Shown piece after piece: positions 18,881 through 28,613 of a stretch of DNA of 64,000 nucleotides; within the stretch, counting starts at the first letter, position 1; each line of letters starts with the position of its first letter. The notes beneath the pieces are model-generated. The model made no database searches and had not been told where the DNA came from. It saw only the letters and a program-made list of their open reading frames with translations. The stretch is taken from contig JAHFLL010000001.1 of NCBI GenBank assembly GCA_023244895.1, positions 404,741 through 468,740 of the forward strand, written 5' to 3'. Made by a program: the position numbers and the translations under genes. Source of the stretch: Candidatus Liptonbacteria bacterium. GTDB lineage: Bacteria > Patescibacteriota > Minisyncoccia > UBA6257 > 2-01-FULL-56-20.

Positions 18881-20041
18881 CTAAAATGTTCCCTTGCGCT
18901 TTTTCATCGCGCTGGACACCTTGGCTTTAGCCAACTCTACTGCCACTTGGCGAGGGTTGCGCTTGGTCTTAATGCTCTTCGTAAGCACTTCTCTTACGGC
19001 CTTACTTATTCTCTCCTCAACCAGCTTGAACATTTTCTCCGGAGAATAGCCCATGTGCTCCGCGTAGGAAGATATGACTCCGCCCGCGTTGGCCACGAAA
19101 TCGGGCACGATGAGAATACCTTTTTTGACTAATCTTTCTTCTATCTCTTCCCGCATGGGAATATTCCCTCCCTCTACTATTATGTGGGCTTTAATCTTTT
19201 CGTAATTACCTTCATGAATCACGTCTGTGACGGAAGCCGGGATCATAATGTCTACCGGAATTGACCAAAACGCGTCCGCGGACAAGGTCTTCGCGCCCGG
19301 GTAGGTGGTGATAGATTTTCTACTGTCAACTATTTTTGCCACCTTTTTCGGGTCAAATCCTTCCGGCATGTGCACTACGCCCTGCGCGTCTGCGATTGCG
19401 ACTACCTTCGCACCCATCTCGGTTAAGAATTTGTACGCAAAGGTACCGACATTCCCAAATCCATGAATAGAAACTGTCGCGCCCTTAATAGGAGCTTTTT
19501 TCATCTCCGCCGCTATTTTAGCCGCCTGCGCAACCCCAAAACCCGTACTACCATATTCATGCGGAATACCGCACTTAAGAGTCTTACCCTTACCCACGCA
19601 ATACTTGGCGGGCTTACCGGTCGCGTCACCCCAATTACCACTTGCTTCCACGAACCACTGCATCTCGGTTTCACCGGAATTCACATCCGGCCCGGCAATG
19701 TATTTGGTAAACAGAAACGGCTTAATAGCTCGCGCGAAAGATTCTATCAACTTCTTTTTAGTAGCAAGAGAGGCGTCCATCCTACCGTTCTTGCCCATAA
19801 TCGGCCAACGTAAGCCGGACTTTGCTCCACCGAAAGGAATCCCAGCCATGGCATTTTTCCAAGTCATGGTGCTGGCTAGACGATAGACCTCTTCTTCACT
19901 CACTTTCGGCATTAAACGGATTCCGCCTTTGCCAACCCCGATAGCGGTGTTGTGTATTACCGCGAACCCTTCCATGCCGATCTTGGGGTCTTTAACGCGC
20001 ACCACATACTCCGGCCCGAAATTATCTTTACTTGTATCCAT
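18881..20041 (-). CDS. gdhA: Glu/Leu/Phe/Val dehydrogenase
   Basis: KGGIR, MTWKNA, GGAKSG, GPDVN, GFGNVG, PDFVANAGGVI. Confidence 0.9.
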   Translation of the reverse strand: MDTSKDNFGPEYVVRVKDPKIGMEGFAVIHNTAIGVGKGGIRLMPKVSEEEVYRLASTMTWKNAMAGIPFGGAKSGLRWPIMGKNGRMDASLATKKKLIESFARAIKPFLFTKYIAGPDVNSGETEMQWFVEASGNWGDATGKPAKYCVGKGKTLKCGIPHEYGSTGFGVAQAAKIAAEMKKAPIKGATVSIHGFGNVGTFAYKFLTEMGAKVVAIADAQGVVHMPEGFDPKKVAKIVDSRKSITTYPGAKTLSADAFWSIPVDIMIPASVTDVIHEGNYEKIKAHIIVEGGNIPMREEIEERLVKKGILIVPDFVANAGGVISSYAEHMGYSPEKMFKLVEERISKAVREVLTKSIKTKRNPRQVAVELAKAKVSSAMKKRKGTF

Positions 20042-20074
20042 TGGAAACAATCTTTTTTAGTAGGCCTTTATTTT

Positions 20075-20329
20075 TTATTTAATATTGAGAAGATGGGCTA
20101 GGGTCGCCTCATCAAAACCAATCACTACCTGATCTCCAATCTCTATTACCGGCACGCCCATCTGACCAGTCTTATCAATCATTGCCTGCGCGGCTACGCG
20201 GTCAACTGCCACATTTTTTTCTTCGTAAGCAACATTGTGCGCGCTGAAATACTGCTTGGCCATCTTGCAATAAACACAGGTTGGCGTGGAATAGATTGTT
20301 ACCTTTGGCGCTGTTACTGCTTCTGCCAT
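20075..20329 (-). CDS. Glutaredoxin-like protein (YruB type)
   Basis: YSTPTCVYC, GQMGVPVI, GFD. Confidence 0.92.
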   Translation of the reverse strand: MAEAVTAPKVTIYSTPTCVYCKMAKQYFSAHNVAYEEKNVAVDRVAAQAMIDKTGQMGVPVIEIGDQVVIGFDEATLAHLLNIK

Positions 20330-20345
20330 GTTGTTGTTATTATTT

Positions 20346-20678
20346 TTATTTTTTTTCGACCGATTTATTATTTTCTATCGCCTTAAGCAAAGCTTTAATT
20401 GTAGGATTGGTCTTAATGCCGTAACACATGGATTGTCCCGCCCGCACCCCTTTTATCAGCCCGGTCATCTCTAGAATCTTGAGCTGTTGGGAGGCGGCGG
20501 GCACGGATATGCCAAAAATCTTCGCGATATCCGTCACGCACAGGTCTTTGTATTCACACAGCAGGTTGAACATTTTAAACCTGCGCGCGTCTCCCAATGC
20601 GCCGAAGATTATGGGCAAACCCTCGTCTTCGGACTGAATTGCCTTCTGAATTTTCTTTATTTCGGATTCGGATATCAT
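20346..20678 (-). CDS. ArsR/SmtB family transcriptional regulator
   Basis: ALGD..R, LCVTDIA, SQQLKIL winged HTH. Confidence 0.9.
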   Translation of the reverse strand: MISESEIKKIQKAIQSEDEGLPIIFGALGDARRFKMFNLLCEYKDLCVTDIAKIFGISVPAASQQLKILEMTGLIKGVRAGQSMCYGIKTNPTIKALLKAIENNKSVEKK

Positions 20679-20707
20679 ATTGACTTAGATTTATTTTTAT
20701 TTCCTAA

Positions 20708-20763
20708 TATTAAGCTATTAAGCAATAGCTTAATAATTGTAGTCGCAACTAAGAATCTGTCAA
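20708..20763 (-). promoter_or_regulatory. Promoter with ArsR-type palindromic operator
   Basis: TTGACA-16-TACAAT on minus strand followed by 12-4-12 inverted repeat TATTAAGCTATT-aagc-AATAGCTTAATA (20708-20735). Confidence 0.75.
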
Positions 20764-20855
20764 GTCTTCCCCGGGACAGCTCCTGCTTAACCAAATACAC
20801 CCAAAGCATCCAGAACTTCGGGTCAATCTAAGTTCCAACGACTAATCACTAAGTC

Positions 20856-22682
20856 CTAATTCTTGATTCCCAACTGCCTTCTCCTCTCCTCCATTTCATC
20901 TAAGACCATCTTGCGGATACGCACGCTCTTAGGAGTGACTTCCACCAGTTCGTCGTCTCCGATATATTCCAAAGAGTCTTCCAAATCCATAGTCTTGGGA
21001 GTATCAAAATGTTCCGCCGCTCCGTCGTTCTTAGAACGCATATTAGAAAGCTCTTTTTCCTTACAGACATTGACCGGTAAGTCTTTCGGACGAGAACGCT
21101 GACCCACTACTTGCCCCTTATAAACCTGTTCGCCCGGACCGATGAAAAACATGCCCTGTCCCTGTACGTTTAACATACCATAAAGGCGAGTGATTCCCGT
21201 CTCGTGCGCCACGAGCGAGCCCTGTTCCCTGTCCTTCCAGTTTCCCGGGTCGGGACGATACTCGTCAAAAACCACGTGCATGATGCCCAAACCCTTGGTA
21301 TCGGTAATAAATTCCTGCCGGTAGCCGAACATGCCCCGGGTGGGAATAGAAAAATCCAAATAGGTTATTCCGTTTTCGGTGCGCATATCGGTCAGCTCTC
21401 CTTTGCGACCACCCAATTTCTGAATAATCACGCCGGAGTATGCTTCCGGGACTTCAATAGAAACATCATCATACGGAGTACAGGTTTTGCCGTCTATGGT
21501 CTTGGTAATAACCTGCGGACGAGAAACCTGGAATTCGTATCCCTCCCGGCGCATGCGCTCAATTAAAATCGCCAAGTGCAACTCTCCCCTGCCGGAAACA
21601 ACCCAGCCGGCCTTGCCGCTTACAGTTTCCGCCACATCCTCCACTCTTAAGGCCACATCCGACTCTAATTCGTTATACAGTCTCTCTCTGATCTGGCGGG
21701 AGGTGGTAAACTGTCCCTCCTTGCCAGCTACCGGCGAATCGTTTACCAAAAAAGTCATCTTCACGGTTGGCTCTTCAATATTCAAGAGCGGTAAAGCCAC
21801 GGGGTTTACGGGGTCCGCAACAGTTTCTCCGATAGTTATGTCCGCTATGCCGGAAATTGCCACAATGTCTCCCGCGGAAACTTCCTTGGCGTCCGTGCGG
21901 GTTAAACCCTCGTAGGTCATGAGCGAAACAAGACGACACTTCTTAGTCTCTCCCAAACGGTTGATATGAACTATTTCTTGCCCCGCCTTGATAACGCCAT
22001 TATATATTCGGCCGGTCGCGACCCGTCCCTTAAAACTATCCGCGGTCAAAGTATTTATAAGCATCTGCAGGGGCTTACCCGGATCTCCTTCCGGCGCGGG
22101 AATATGCTCCAATATCGCATCAAAAATCGGAGAGATGTCCTTCATGGCATCTAGCTCCTTTTCCAGCCCGGCTTTACCGAGTTTCGCGGAAGCGTATACG
22201 ATCGGAAAATCCGCGATATGCTCTTCCGCGCCCAATTCCATAAATAGATCTAGGGTTTTATCCACTACGTAATTCGGGCGTGCGTCCGGCTTGTCTATCT
22301 TATTAATCACCACCACTACTCGTAGCTTGGATTCCAGCGCTTTTTTGAGCACGAAGCGAGTCTGAGGCATAGGACCCTCCTTGGCGTCTATTAAGAGCAG
22401 GCAACCGTCCGCCATCTTCAAAACCCGCTCCACCTCGCCTCCGAAATCAGCGTGTCCCGGCGTATCTATAATGTTTATCTTGGTGCCCTTCCAGTTTACG
22501 GACGCGTTTTTAGAAAAAATAGTAATCCCGCGCTCCCGCTCCAATTCGTTGGAGTCCATTATAAATTCCGTCGCGGCAACCTCTTTATTCATCTTAGTCA
22601 AAGATTGGCGCAACAAAGCATCCACCAAAGAGGTTTTTCCGTGATCTACGTGAGCTATTATGGCAACGTTTCGGATGTTCAT
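20856..22682 (-). CDS. typA: Translational GTPase TypA/BipA
   Basis: IAHVDHGKT, ERERGITI, DTPGHADFGGEVER, GRGELHL, LVEVTP. Confidence 0.97.
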   Translation of the reverse strand: MNIRNVAIIAHVDHGKTSLVDALLRQSLTKMNKEVAATEFIMDSNELERERGITIFSKNASVNWKGTKINIIDTPGHADFGGEVERVLKMADGCLLLIDAKEGPMPQTRFVLKKALESKLRVVVVINKIDKPDARPNYVVDKTLDLFMELGAEEHIADFPIVYASAKLGKAGLEKELDAMKDISPIFDAILEHIPAPEGDPGKPLQMLINTLTADSFKGRVATGRIYNGVIKAGQEIVHINRLGETKKCRLVSLMTYEGLTRTDAKEVSAGDIVAISGIADITIGETVADPVNPVALPLLNIEEPTVKMTFLVNDSPVAGKEGQFTTSRQIRERLYNELESDVALRVEDVAETVSGKAGWVVSGRGELHLAILIERMRREGYEFQVSRPQVITKTIDGKTCTPYDDVSIEVPEAYSGVIIQKLGGRKGELTDMRTENGITYLDFSIPTRGMFGYRQEFITDTKGLGIMHVVFDEYRPDPGNWKDREQGSLVAHETGITRLYGMLNVQGQGMFFIGPGEQVYKGQVVGQRSRPKDLPVNVCKEKELSNMRSKNDGAAEHFDTPKTMDLEDSLEYIGDDELVEVTPKSVRIRKMVLDEMEERRRQLGIKN

Positions 22683-22763
22683 ATGTTTAAACGGCAAACG
22701 CCCGCAAGGGCGCATTTAGTGCGTTTAATTTATACCAAAATATTTTAATTACGTCAATTAATT

Positions 22764-24032
22764 TTAGCGGGAGGGCCGATACGAAGGCCGCCTACTATGC
22801 CCACTGCCCCGCCGCGTGCCTCCGCTACCATAACCATGACTGCGCGAAGATCTAAATGGCGGTCGTCTACCATATGCGGGCCGAGCCGGAACTGAATGTA
22901 AAATCGGCTTAGGTAATGAATCCGGAAGTTCCGCTATGGGTAAAGGTTTATGCAAAAGCCTCTCTATGTCGCGCAAGTCCCCCAGCTGATCTGGGGTAGC
23001 GAACGAAATCGCATGCCCGCTCGCGCCCGCTCGCCCGGTTCGCCCGATACGATGCACGTAATCCTCCGCCTGCATGGGCAAGTCATAATTGATTACCACC
23101 TCAATGCCCTGCACATCAATACCGCGCGCCGCGATGTCTGTCGCAACTAATATGCGATACCTACCCGTGTCAAATCCATTTAAAGCATCTCTGCGCTGAT
23201 TGAGCGAGCGATTGGAGTGCAACTCCGCGGAAGTGTGCCCCAAATCACGCAACCCTTTCGCTATTCTTTTCGCGCCATGTTTAGTTCGGCTAAATACTAA
23301 GACCGAGCCCTTGTAGTCGTAGAGTAACTTTTTAAGAAGCGCGTCTTTGCTTTCTCGCCCAACCATAAACACCTCCTGGGTTAAGTTGTCCGCCATGGTC
23401 CCCGGCGGAGCTATCTCTATTTGTAACGGCAGCTTCATAAATGTTTTCGCGATTGTGCCTATCTCCGGAGGCATGGTGGCGGAAAACAACATCGTCTGCT
23501 TCTCTGTTGGAACAGATTGCAAAATGCGCTTGAGCTGGGGAGCAAAGCCCATGTCGAGCATCCGATCCGCTTCATCTAAAACCAAAATACCAACATTAGA
23601 AAGACTTAAAATACGCTGCTCTAGGTGATCAATAATGCGCCCCGGCGTGCCAATCACGATGTCCGACTTGCGCCTAATGTCCGATATCTGCCGACCCATG
23701 GGCGCGCCTCCAATCAGAAGGGCCGTCTTAATTCCCAGCCCGCGGCCTATTTTTTGTAAAGATTCCTCTACTTGAAGTGCCAACTCGCGCGTCGGCAGAA
23801 CCACCAAACCGATGCCATTCTTGCGCCGCAAAACCCCCTGAATCATAGGAATGCCAAAAGCAAGCGTCTTACCGGTGCCGGTCTGCGCGATACCGATCAG
23901 GTCCTTGCCTTCTATCGCGAGCGGGATAGACCTCTCTTGAATGGGCGTGGGAACGGTGAATTTAAGCTTGTCTAATATAGATAAAATACCGGGGGCTATA
24001 CCGAGTTTATAGAAGCCCGAAAATTCGTTCAT
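22764..24032 (-). CDS. DEAD-box RNA helicase (RhlE-like)
   Basis: AQTGTGKT, PTRELA, DEAD, SAT, HRIGRTGR. Confidence 0.96.
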   Translation of the reverse strand: MNEFSGFYKLGIAPGILSILDKLKFTVPTPIQERSIPLAIEGKDLIGIAQTGTGKTLAFGIPMIQGVLRRKNGIGLVVLPTRELALQVEESLQKIGRGLGIKTALLIGGAPMGRQISDIRRKSDIVIGTPGRIIDHLEQRILSLSNVGILVLDEADRMLDMGFAPQLKRILQSVPTEKQTMLFSATMPPEIGTIAKTFMKLPLQIEIAPPGTMADNLTQEVFMVGRESKDALLKKLLYDYKGSVLVFSRTKHGAKRIAKGLRDLGHTSAELHSNRSLNQRRDALNGFDTGRYRILVATDIAARGIDVQGIEVVINYDLPMQAEDYVHRIGRTGRAGASGHAISFATPDQLGDLRDIERLLHKPLPIAELPDSLPKPILHSVPARPAYGRRPPFRSSRSHGYGSGGTRRGSGHSRRPSYRPSR

Positions 24033-24077
24033 AAAAGAACGATAACATGACTTTCTAAGAATAGATATGGCCGGAGA

Positions 24078-24557
24078 CTAAGCCATCTTGCGCAACTCAT
24101 ATCTCTCAAAACTATCACCCTCGTCCGCGAAATAGAACTCACCCTCCAATTTTTCTCCGGCAAGCACCCGTGGCAACCAGTATTTATCGTCCGGCCACAT
24201 CTCCCCAAACGGAATATCCGCATGTTTAAACCATTGCGGGCGCACTTCCTCCGTCTCTATCGGCTCACCCTCCCATTTTCGCACCAGATAAACCGGCACC
24301 TCCTGATTCCAGTCTTTTTTATGTTCTGGGAAGTAGAATCTTAAACTGGCCACGTGCTCTAGGTCATTTAATCCGAATTTCACCCCGATTTCCTCTTCCG
24401 ATTCCCGCACCGCGGACTGTTCTACCGTTTCGCCCAGCTCCGGTTTCCCGCCCACCCCATTCCACCTGCCCGCCCCAAACCTGCGCTTCTTCATCGCCAG
24501 AAGCACCTCCCCTTCCCGAATCAATAAAACCAAACTGACCTTGCGTAATTCCTCCAT
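24078..24557 (-). CDS. NUDIX hydrolase (8-oxo-dGTPase, MTH1-like)
   Basis: WNGVGGK..GET..SAVRE.EEEIG; MWPDD.YW. Confidence 0.9.
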   Translation of the reverse strand: MEELRKVSLVLLIREGEVLLAMKKRRFGAGRWNGVGGKPELGETVEQSAVRESEEEIGVKFGLNDLEHVASLRFYFPEHKKDWNQEVPVYLVRKWEGEPIETEEVRPQWFKHADIPFGEMWPDDKYWLPRVLAGEKLEGEFYFADEGDSFERYELRKMA

Positions 24558-24559
24558 CT

Positions 24560-27535
24560 TTATTTCATTATATTTCTTAGAGCACAAAATTCACAATCTT
24601 TCTCCCCGCAACTCTTGTCCCAAAATTTCAAATTTACAATCTCGTCTGCCACCTCCAAAATCTTAGCGCGCAACTCTTTTGTTTCCTCGTCGCTCACCGT
24701 GAATTCCTCCCGCTTAAACTTGCCCAACTTGTTGGGTTGCACAAAATCAATTACACCCGAAATCATTTTGTACTTATGCAAAGGATATAAATCCAAAAGC
24801 AATTTATAAAACACTAATTGTCTCTTATAGTCCCCGTCCGAATCTTCTGTTTTACCCTCCATCTTGTTCCGACTCTGCGCCTGGCCGGTCTTGTAGTCCA
24901 CCACGATTACTTCTCCTTCCTCGTCTTGTAGCTCTAACTTGTCCAACTTACCGTTTATCTTTACCCCGGGCGCGAGCTCAATATCGCGGATAGAAAATTC
25001 GCTGATAGTATTGTAATTCCAGTTCGCACTGTATTCATCATAATAATCCTTGAGTTCTTTTTTACCTCTCTTTAGCAATTCGTCTCTATCATCCTGGAGC
25101 ATGGGTTGCTTCCATATCTCCGCTTCAAACTGTTCCTGAATAAAATGGTAGTCCGCCTCCTTGCCTTCCTTGCGGGCGTCAAAAAACTTCTGAAGGGTGC
25201 CGTGCACCGCATTTCCGTACATCAAATGCCGATTTTGCGCCGCGGGCAAGCGCAAGAGGTTTTGGTAAAAATACTGCCAAGGACATTCCAAATAGTTATT
25301 AAGCGCAGTTACGGAAAGACCCTTTTCTTCAAAGACCGCGCGCACAAACTCGCGATTAGACTGGTCCGGCTGCGCCTGCTCTTTCTTGGTAAAAAGAATA
25401 TCTTTTTTGTTGCCGAACTCCTCGTCCCAGCTCTCCGCGTCAATCACCTCTTTTAGGTCCGATCTTATCTCCTCTAAAAATTGGCTGGGCACCTGCTCTC
25501 TGCCATCCTCTCCGTGATAGGCGTAGCTCAAATAAAGCTCTTTGCGCGCCCTGGTAAGACTCACGTAAAAAAGCCGGCGCTCGTCTTCGTTCTTTTCCAG
25601 CTCATCTGAATCCACATACTTTCCGGAGGGCAAGTTAAACTTGGTTAGATTGCGACGATTGCCCCAATGTCCATCCGTGAGCCTAGTTATAAATACCACG
25701 TCAAATTCTTGTCCCTTAGCGCTATGCGCGGTCATAAGACGCACCGCCTCCCGCGCGCCGCGCATCCGCGAACGGATAGCCACGCCGTGCTCTTCTAATA
25801 TTTGGAGGTGAGCCAGAAACTCTTTTAGGGAGTAATCTCCCCTATTGCCCGCCATTTTCTTTGCTTCATCAAAAAAAGCGTTAAGTTTTTCAATCCTATG
25901 CCAGCCCTTCTCACTCAAGAGATCTGCCAAATACCCGGATTCGCGCACCACCATTTCAAAAACTTCTACAAAGGGCTTGTTCTTGGCTAGACGATGCCAG
26001 CTCTCCAATTTATGATAAAGCTCTTTTAGTTTTTCCGGCTGGTTTAGCTTCACATCCTTTCTGCCCTGTCCGGAAAGCATTATGCGATGAAGGGACGCTT
26101 CGCCGTAATCTCTAGCGTAAATCAATTGATAGGCGTCCAGCGGATCAATACCCAAAAAATCTATATGGAGCGCCTCCGCCAAAGCGATATCGTTGCCGAA
26201 TTCTTCTATGGTCCTAAGTAATGCTATCAACTTGCGAATGTCGGAGTCGTGCAGAATATCTTTGTCTGACTCCAAGCTGACCGCGAGACCCTGCTTTTCC
26301 AAAAAATCCGCCAGCTTGAAGCCGTCCGCGTTGTCCCGAAAAATAACCGCTACTTCTTCCGGTCTGGTTCCGCGCTCTATCGCTTTTTTGATATTCTCCG
26401 CGACAAAATACAACTCCGTGCCCGGTAGACTAAAACCCGCCAGTTTTATCTTCTGGGCAAGATGTTGCGTCTGCGATTTAAGCTTTTGACCCAGAACCGC
26501 GCGATTATTCTCTATCAGACTCTGCGCCGAATCCAATATGTTCTGATGAGAACGATAGTTGTCCGTAAGCGAAATAAGCTTCACCTTAGGATACTTATTT
26601 TTGAAATATAGAAAGTTCTCCAAGCTCGCACCCTGAAAACGAAAGATGGCTTGTTTCTCGTCGCCTACCACGAACAAATTCGGGCTCTCATGGAAACTGG
26701 CCAAAAGCTCTAAGACAATATTCTGGGCGGTATTGGTGTCCTGGTGCTCATCTACCAACAGATACTGATATTTTTCTTGTAGTTCCAATAAAAAGTCATT
26801 CTTATCTCTGAGCGCGGAAACGGTCTCCAGTATCATATCGTCAAAATCGTAACGTCTCCGCTCGCGCAATATCTTTTCATAAGCCAGGTAAACCTGTGCC
26901 AGCTCTTGATTCTTCTCTATATCTTTAAGCTTTTTCTGGTACTCGCCCTTCATTTTGCCCTTATGCGCGCCCTTCTCGTGGTATAGGTCGGAAATTTTAT
27001 CAAACTCGGATTTTTGCTCTTTGGCCCATTTCTCAAAATCTCCCGCGCTCATGCCCTCGTTTTTAAGATGCTTAATAGCCCAAACGATATCCTTAATGTA
27101 GTGATACTTGTCGCCAAAAGGTTTTAATCGTTCCAGCTCTCCGTTGTCTAAAACCTCCCGCAAATAGCCGATTTGGTCCACTTCCGCTAAGTTCTCCGAA
27201 CCTATAATACGCGGATAGTATTCCGGATACCCCTCTATTAGACGGTTGCAAAAACCATGAAAAGTAGAAATATTCACGTAATATCCCGGTGCGCCGATAA
27301 GACCAACTAAACGCTTGCGCATATTGGCCGCGCCCGCCTCCGTAAAGGTTAGCGCCAAAATCGCGTCCGGAGGCGTGTCGGTTTGGAGCAGAATATTCGC
27401 GATACGCAAAGTGAGTATCTGGGTCTTGCCCGTGCCCGGACCCGCGATGACCATAACCGGACCCTCAATCGCGTCTACCGCCTCCTTTTGTCTGGGATTA
27501 AGTTTTTTATATGCCTCCTCAAACTCTTTCTTCAT
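24560..27535 (-). CDS. UvrD/PcrA-family helicase fused to PD-(D/E)XK nuclease (AdnB/AddA-like)
   Basis: AGPGTGKT, DEHQD, GDEKQAIFRFQGA, HSAKGQE, TRARK; C-terminal GKLD..VVDYKTG with Cys motif. Confidence 0.93.
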   Translation of the reverse strand: MKKEFEEAYKKLNPRQKEAVDAIEGPVMVIAGPGTGKTQILTLRIANILLQTDTPPDAILALTFTEAGAANMRKRLVGLIGAPGYYVNISTFHGFCNRLIEGYPEYYPRIIGSENLAEVDQIGYLREVLDNGELERLKPFGDKYHYIKDIVWAIKHLKNEGMSAGDFEKWAKEQKSEFDKISDLYHEKGAHKGKMKGEYQKKLKDIEKNQELAQVYLAYEKILRERRRYDFDDMILETVSALRDKNDFLLELQEKYQYLLVDEHQDTNTAQNIVLELLASFHESPNLFVVGDEKQAIFRFQGASLENFLYFKNKYPKVKLISLTDNYRSHQNILDSAQSLIENNRAVLGQKLKSQTQHLAQKIKLAGFSLPGTELYFVAENIKKAIERGTRPEEVAVIFRDNADGFKLADFLEKQGLAVSLESDKDILHDSDIRKLIALLRTIEEFGNDIALAEALHIDFLGIDPLDAYQLIYARDYGEASLHRIMLSGQGRKDVKLNQPEKLKELYHKLESWHRLAKNKPFVEVFEMVVRESGYLADLLSEKGWHRIEKLNAFFDEAKKMAGNRGDYSLKEFLAHLQILEEHGVAIRSRMRGAREAVRLMTAHSAKGQEFDVVFITRLTDGHWGNRRNLTKFNLPSGKYVDSDELEKNEDERRLFYVSLTRARKELYLSYAYHGEDGREQVPSQFLEEIRSDLKEVIDAESWDEEFGNKKDILFTKKEQAQPDQSNREFVRAVFEEKGLSVTALNNYLECPWQYFYQNLLRLPAAQNRHLMYGNAVHGTLQKFFDARKEGKEADYHFIQEQFEAEIWKQPMLQDDRDELLKRGKKELKDYYDEYSANWNYNTISEFSIRDIELAPGVKINGKLDKLELQDEEGEVIVVDYKTGQAQSRNKMEGKTEDSDGDYKRQLVFYKLLLDLYPLHKYKMISGVIDFVQPNKLGKFKREEFTVSDEETKELRAKILEVADEIVNLKFWDKSCGEKDCEFCALRNIMK

Positions 27536-27642
27536 AATGAACGATGGTTGAATTTTACTCCAAAGCGGTCAAATTAAGTAATCTTTTGTTGACACGATAT
27601 ATTTTTTATCGTATGAATATTTCTAGCACACAGGGAGGCACA

Positions 27643-28020
27643 GTGACGAGAAGGTTAGCGGACCTTATCAGGGAGTACGAGGCCAGACGGTGGACGCCCG
27701 TCCGCCGTAAACGCGAACTGCGCAAGACCATCCTCCAAAAGATGGCGCGCGCAATCGCAATCTTCTGCATAAATAACGGCAGACTGAGCGGTAGCGTCAT
27801 CATTCAGAGCGCGGGTAACGTCACCTGGGAGCCAATCAAGACGGACGCGCCCATCCTGACGGAACAAGCGTTTGTGGAGTTGTATCCGCGCGTTGTCTTC
27901 TTCGCGAGCTTCTGCAAGAAATACCGAGTCGGTAATCTCGGTATCAGGGTACCGGGCATGGGCACGGTGCACTGGGCTCCGCGAGAAGTCAGCCTAGAAA
28001 CCTCGCGCCGAAAGAGGTAA
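27643..28020 (+). CDS. Orphan hypothetical protein
   Basis: TTGACA at 27589; GGGAGG SD before GTG 27643; hairpin terminator 28033-28069. Confidence 0.6.
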   Translation: MTRRLADLIREYEARRWTPVRRKRELRKTILQKMARAIAIFCINNGRLSGSVIIQSAGNVTWEPIKTDAPILTEQAFVELYPRVVFFASFCKKYRVGNLGIRVPGMGTVHWAPREVSLETSRRKR

Positions 28021-28067
28021 CGGCGCAGATTGAGCGACTAGCACCATGGGTGCTGGTCGCTTCGCTT

Positions 28068-28523
28068 TTATGGAGCCCAGGGGGCAGAAACTATTTGATA
28101 TATATATGGATGAATCCTCTCAAATAAAAATGCGCCAATAAGCCAGTAGGAACTGTGGAGTGCGCTAACGTGCCCTCTGTAATTAAAAGGCATACTAGAA
28201 TAATCCCACAAACGCACCCCAAAAAAGCGAATTACGAAAACGGAACCGGCGAGCTCAAGCAACGTTAAAAATATTATATAAATTAACAGTCTTAAAATTA
28301 GAGGTAGTGCGTAGATAGAGCTTGAGAGTAAAAGTAGTAGCAACGCGCCGAATCCATAGATAGGTAAAAGAGGGATAGGCTTTCCTAAATACTTAAACAA
28401 CCCCGGAAAGATAAATTTTTTAGCGAGAGCGGAGCGGTAGATGACCTCGATAACCCAACCCAAAAGGCTGTAAATGAAGAATATGGCTGCCAGCTCTATG
28501 GCGCTCATTAAAACGGATGTCAT
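28068..28523 (-). CDS. Putative ABC transporter permease-like membrane protein (DUF1113 type)
   Basis: YSLLGW..E, PIYGFG, LWDYS..PFN..G. Confidence 0.85.
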   Translation of the reverse strand: MTSVLMSAIELAAIFFIYSLLGWVIEVIYRSALAKKFIFPGLFKYLGKPIPLLPIYGFGALLLLLLSSSIYALPLILRLLIYIIFLTLLELAGSVFVIRFFGVRLWDYSSMPFNYRGHVSALHSSYWLIGAFLFERIHPYIYQIVSAPWAP

Positions 28524-28613
28524 ATACCAAATCCTGAAATTATTTTATCGGACTGAGCCATGGGAAGTATTTTAACATCCAACCCGTGAGCGACAAAGCC
28601 TGACGCAATATTT

